This document shows positions 51,321 to 54,228 of a DNA stretch of 54,228 nucleotides, one piece after another. Below the pieces are notes generated by a model. That model had not been told where the DNA came from and searched no databases. It worked only from the letters and a program-made list of their open reading frames with translations. The first letter of the stretch is position 1. The number at the start of each line of letters is the position of its first letter. Origin of the DNA: Callorhinchus milii (taxonomy: Eukaryota); the NCBI RefSeq assembly GCF_018977255.1, contig NW_024705328.1, forward strand, positions 1-54,228, read 5' to 3'. A program made the position numbers and the translations under genes.

Positions 51321-51610
51321 ACAAGGATCCCCAATATAGCCTTCGGAGACTGCTGAGACAAGTGCTGTTAGCGAGCACCTATTGTGGCCGAAACGGCACG
51401 GGAAGGGGTGGGTGGCCAGCACCACACCTGGCTACCTTTGTCTTCCCAGTGCTCGTGTTTACACACTGAGACGGGTATTCTCAGGCTGATTCGACCCAGG
51501 GAGGTCCAGGACCAGTTTAGAAAATCGCGACTGATGTTGGCTGTGAGCGGCAATCGATCTCGGGTGGCCGGGTTCGTCGCACGGTGCGCTAACCACTGCG
51601 CCACAGCCAC
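51321..51610 (-). mobile_element. SINE (family 1)
   Basis: acaaggatccccaatatagcc..caagtgctgttagcgagcacctat..gcgctaaccactgcgccac. Confidence 0.88.
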
Positions 51611-52398
51611 AACACACACACACGCAAGCAAAAACACACACACACATGTTATACGTGCAAATAAAAATGTTTTTGCTTGTCAAACCCAGATGCAGTTTAA
51701 TCAAATAAAGTAAACAACTCTGCTTTAAATGAGCGCTTCCCAAAAAATGTATTTAACGGCCTGTCTGGACAACAGTCAGGTTGCCACTCACACTTTGGCA
51801 TTTCAATTACAAATACGCCGGCTTTGCAGCGCTGTCCCAGCGTATGCCACAACTTGCATTCGTCCCGAGCCCAAGTTCACGGTGACATTGCCATTCTGGC
51901 TCACAGAGAGTCCCATTTTCGCGCCGACGTGTGTCAGCGCGAATGTGCAGGCTTCGTGGCTATATTTTTTGTACGTGACATTATTGTCCGTGGTGGATGG
52001 ATAACTCCGAATAACCAGACGACTGCTAAAACGTAGACAAAAACTATTTGGTAGAGGGAACATGACAGATGTGTGTTAATTACTTAAATATGAAACATTA
52101 AATCACAAACTAATTACAGTTAGATGCGAGTTGAATGACATGCAATATATGATAATCTAATTATTCCTTGCTACGTACAAAGTGGATTCCAACTCAATGA
52201 GCATGGGATGGCACGAATATCAAAATCTGAATAGTTATTTATACTGAGGAATCCAATGAGCTATAAAGCTCTTTTTCACAGATGTCCAGTAGGGGCAGGT
52301 CAGAACGTTACGATAACAAACAATAAAAACACACGATAGGAGTGTCAAAGTACATGAAAGTAAACAAATCACACAAAAATACGAATGAAACTAAACTC

Positions 52399-52720
52399 TT
52401 TTTAATTTTATCAGGTCAAGCTCACTGAGCTATGAGCTTCTTTTAAGATGTGACCTGGCCACAAATGATAGCTCAACGAAGTGGCTTAACACGTGGACAT
52501 TTATATCATCCAAATAATCTAAATAAATGTTCCTAAACAAGGACGCGGAGAACAATCTGCGCGACCACGGGTAGAACATGTTTTTCGTCTCTAAACCACT
52601 GGCGTAAAGTCCACATTCCTACAGACGAGTCATATCTAATGCTGTACAGCATGGCGACTGTCGAATTATGTGGTTCCTTCATTGACCCAGCCTGCTTGCC
52701 AGTCGAGCGCTCTAACCACT
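52399..52720 (-). mobile_element. Diverged V-SINE-like element (family 2)
   Basis: ttttatcaggtcaagctcactgagctat..gacctggccacaaatgatagctcaacgaagtggctt matches the 3650 and 5270 copies; tRNA-like head near 52690-52725. Confidence 0.75.
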
Positions 52721-54228
52721 GCCGACCCAGCTGGAGGGACGGTGAACCACGGAGATGCATTGCTGGCTCGCCTACTTCCTTGAGAATGTTATCAACCCCC
52801 ATAGAGTTGGTGTGGGTTTTCTCCGTACATTGTTGTGTTCTCCTAACATGCAGACATATCCAAAAATAAGGCAAACGCAAACAATGTTTAGTGCTTTGAG
52901 TCTCCTAACCGAGTCTGTTTTCCTCGGTGAATGGTGATTGCTTCACGCTTGGAATATACTTTGCGTGCTATAACATCAACACTGAGTGCTTTGCTCATTG
53001 ATTAAATCATCATCGTCATCACCGTTTATTATTTATATCGCACCGTTATGCGGTATAACTCAAGGTGCCAATTAATGAGGGATCGATGTCTGGTGAAGGT
53101 TGCACCAGTTGGTTTGAAGAGCGGCTGCCATGGAATTTTTTGTCGCATAATGATCATTATTATGATATCGTTTTCCCATGATTTGTAACAATAATGCATC
53201 CTTTATTGTATCGCACTTGTGCTGCTCTGCAGTACTTCTAGTGTGGATATATGTCACGTATAAAGGTTCGTCAGTTGAAGTTCACTCAATGTAAGCCTGC
53301 AGTAACATGTTTGACTACACAACTACAATCCGTGACGCTTATAAGGCACAATACATTAAATTAATTCTTTGCAGATCTTAATTCTTTGCAGCAGATCTTC
53401 CGAAGGCTGCTGCTGCGTTGGCAGTGGTGCACCAGCACAATTAACAAAAGGCAAAATAAACACATTCGTCAATAACACTTTTGGCCTTAAAATAAAAATA
53501 TACGCAATCGGCAACGTTCTGGGCAATCGCCCTTCTTCATGAAACATTAACATTTTAAGGCCACAGATTTTTTGACGAGTATGTGACAATTTTTTTTTAC
53601 AAACTATATAATTAAATAAACTTTTTCAATTTTTACATGATATAATCACTGTGCCGCCAATTAATCGAGAGATACATTTTTTACAAAGTGTTATTTTTCA
53701 CAGGTAATAGCTATTACCTGGATATTTTTTTTTTAGGAAATAAAATATTTCCGAAAAATTTAACAACAATGAAAATCGTAATGTGATGATATTTTGCGGA
53801 ACGGACGATGCAATGATTGTGGCTATCGTGTAGTTTTGATAAACGTTGGTGTCACCAAATTGCGGTAATCCTCGCCGATGTTAACAATATCTTGCCCCTT
53901 GGCAGTCTCGTTCCAGCCATCGTGATGCGGAAATATCCAACCTAAGCCTTAAGACTACCGGCAAAGATGAGTACTGCCCATTGCTCACAGAGCATAGACA
54001 CTGACACACACAAACAGACGTGTGTGTACAAAGGCATGCGTTGCCTTATGATATTGACCTATTGCTCTGCAGCCAGGAATGCCTTTACCTTAAAATGGTC
54101 AATAAAATAGACACATGTTTGGCTATAGGGGTACATATCTGAGGTAAACGATCAAGTCTGGATGGATATAAATGCTGATGCGCCGATGTTGTTTATGTCC
54201 CAATCGTTTTGGGATGTCTGTGAAAAAT

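Overview
Eukaryotic genomic DNA, most likely from a jawless vertebrate (lamprey-like). That assignment is inferred from very GC3-rich exons in AT-rich introns, V-SINE-type repeats and a Chapaev3 transposon. The natural flanks (1-17372 and ~42660-54228) look like introns of a minus-strand axonemal dynein heavy-chain gene, with one complete exon (10474-10677) and one exon cut short at ~42660. They carry a decayed Chapaev3 DNA transposon (11630-13522), Penelope-like pLTR remnants with minimal hammerhead ribozyme motifs, two tRNA-derived SINE families (one consistently embedded in CA microsatellites), LINE relics and a 16-bp minisatellite. The central ~25 kb (17403-~42659), starting right after a 30-N gap, looks like uniformly random sequence. 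By eye it has no repeats, microsatellites, SINEs, exons or recognisable ORFs. I treat it as shuffled, synthetic or artefactual and found no supportable new biological system in it.
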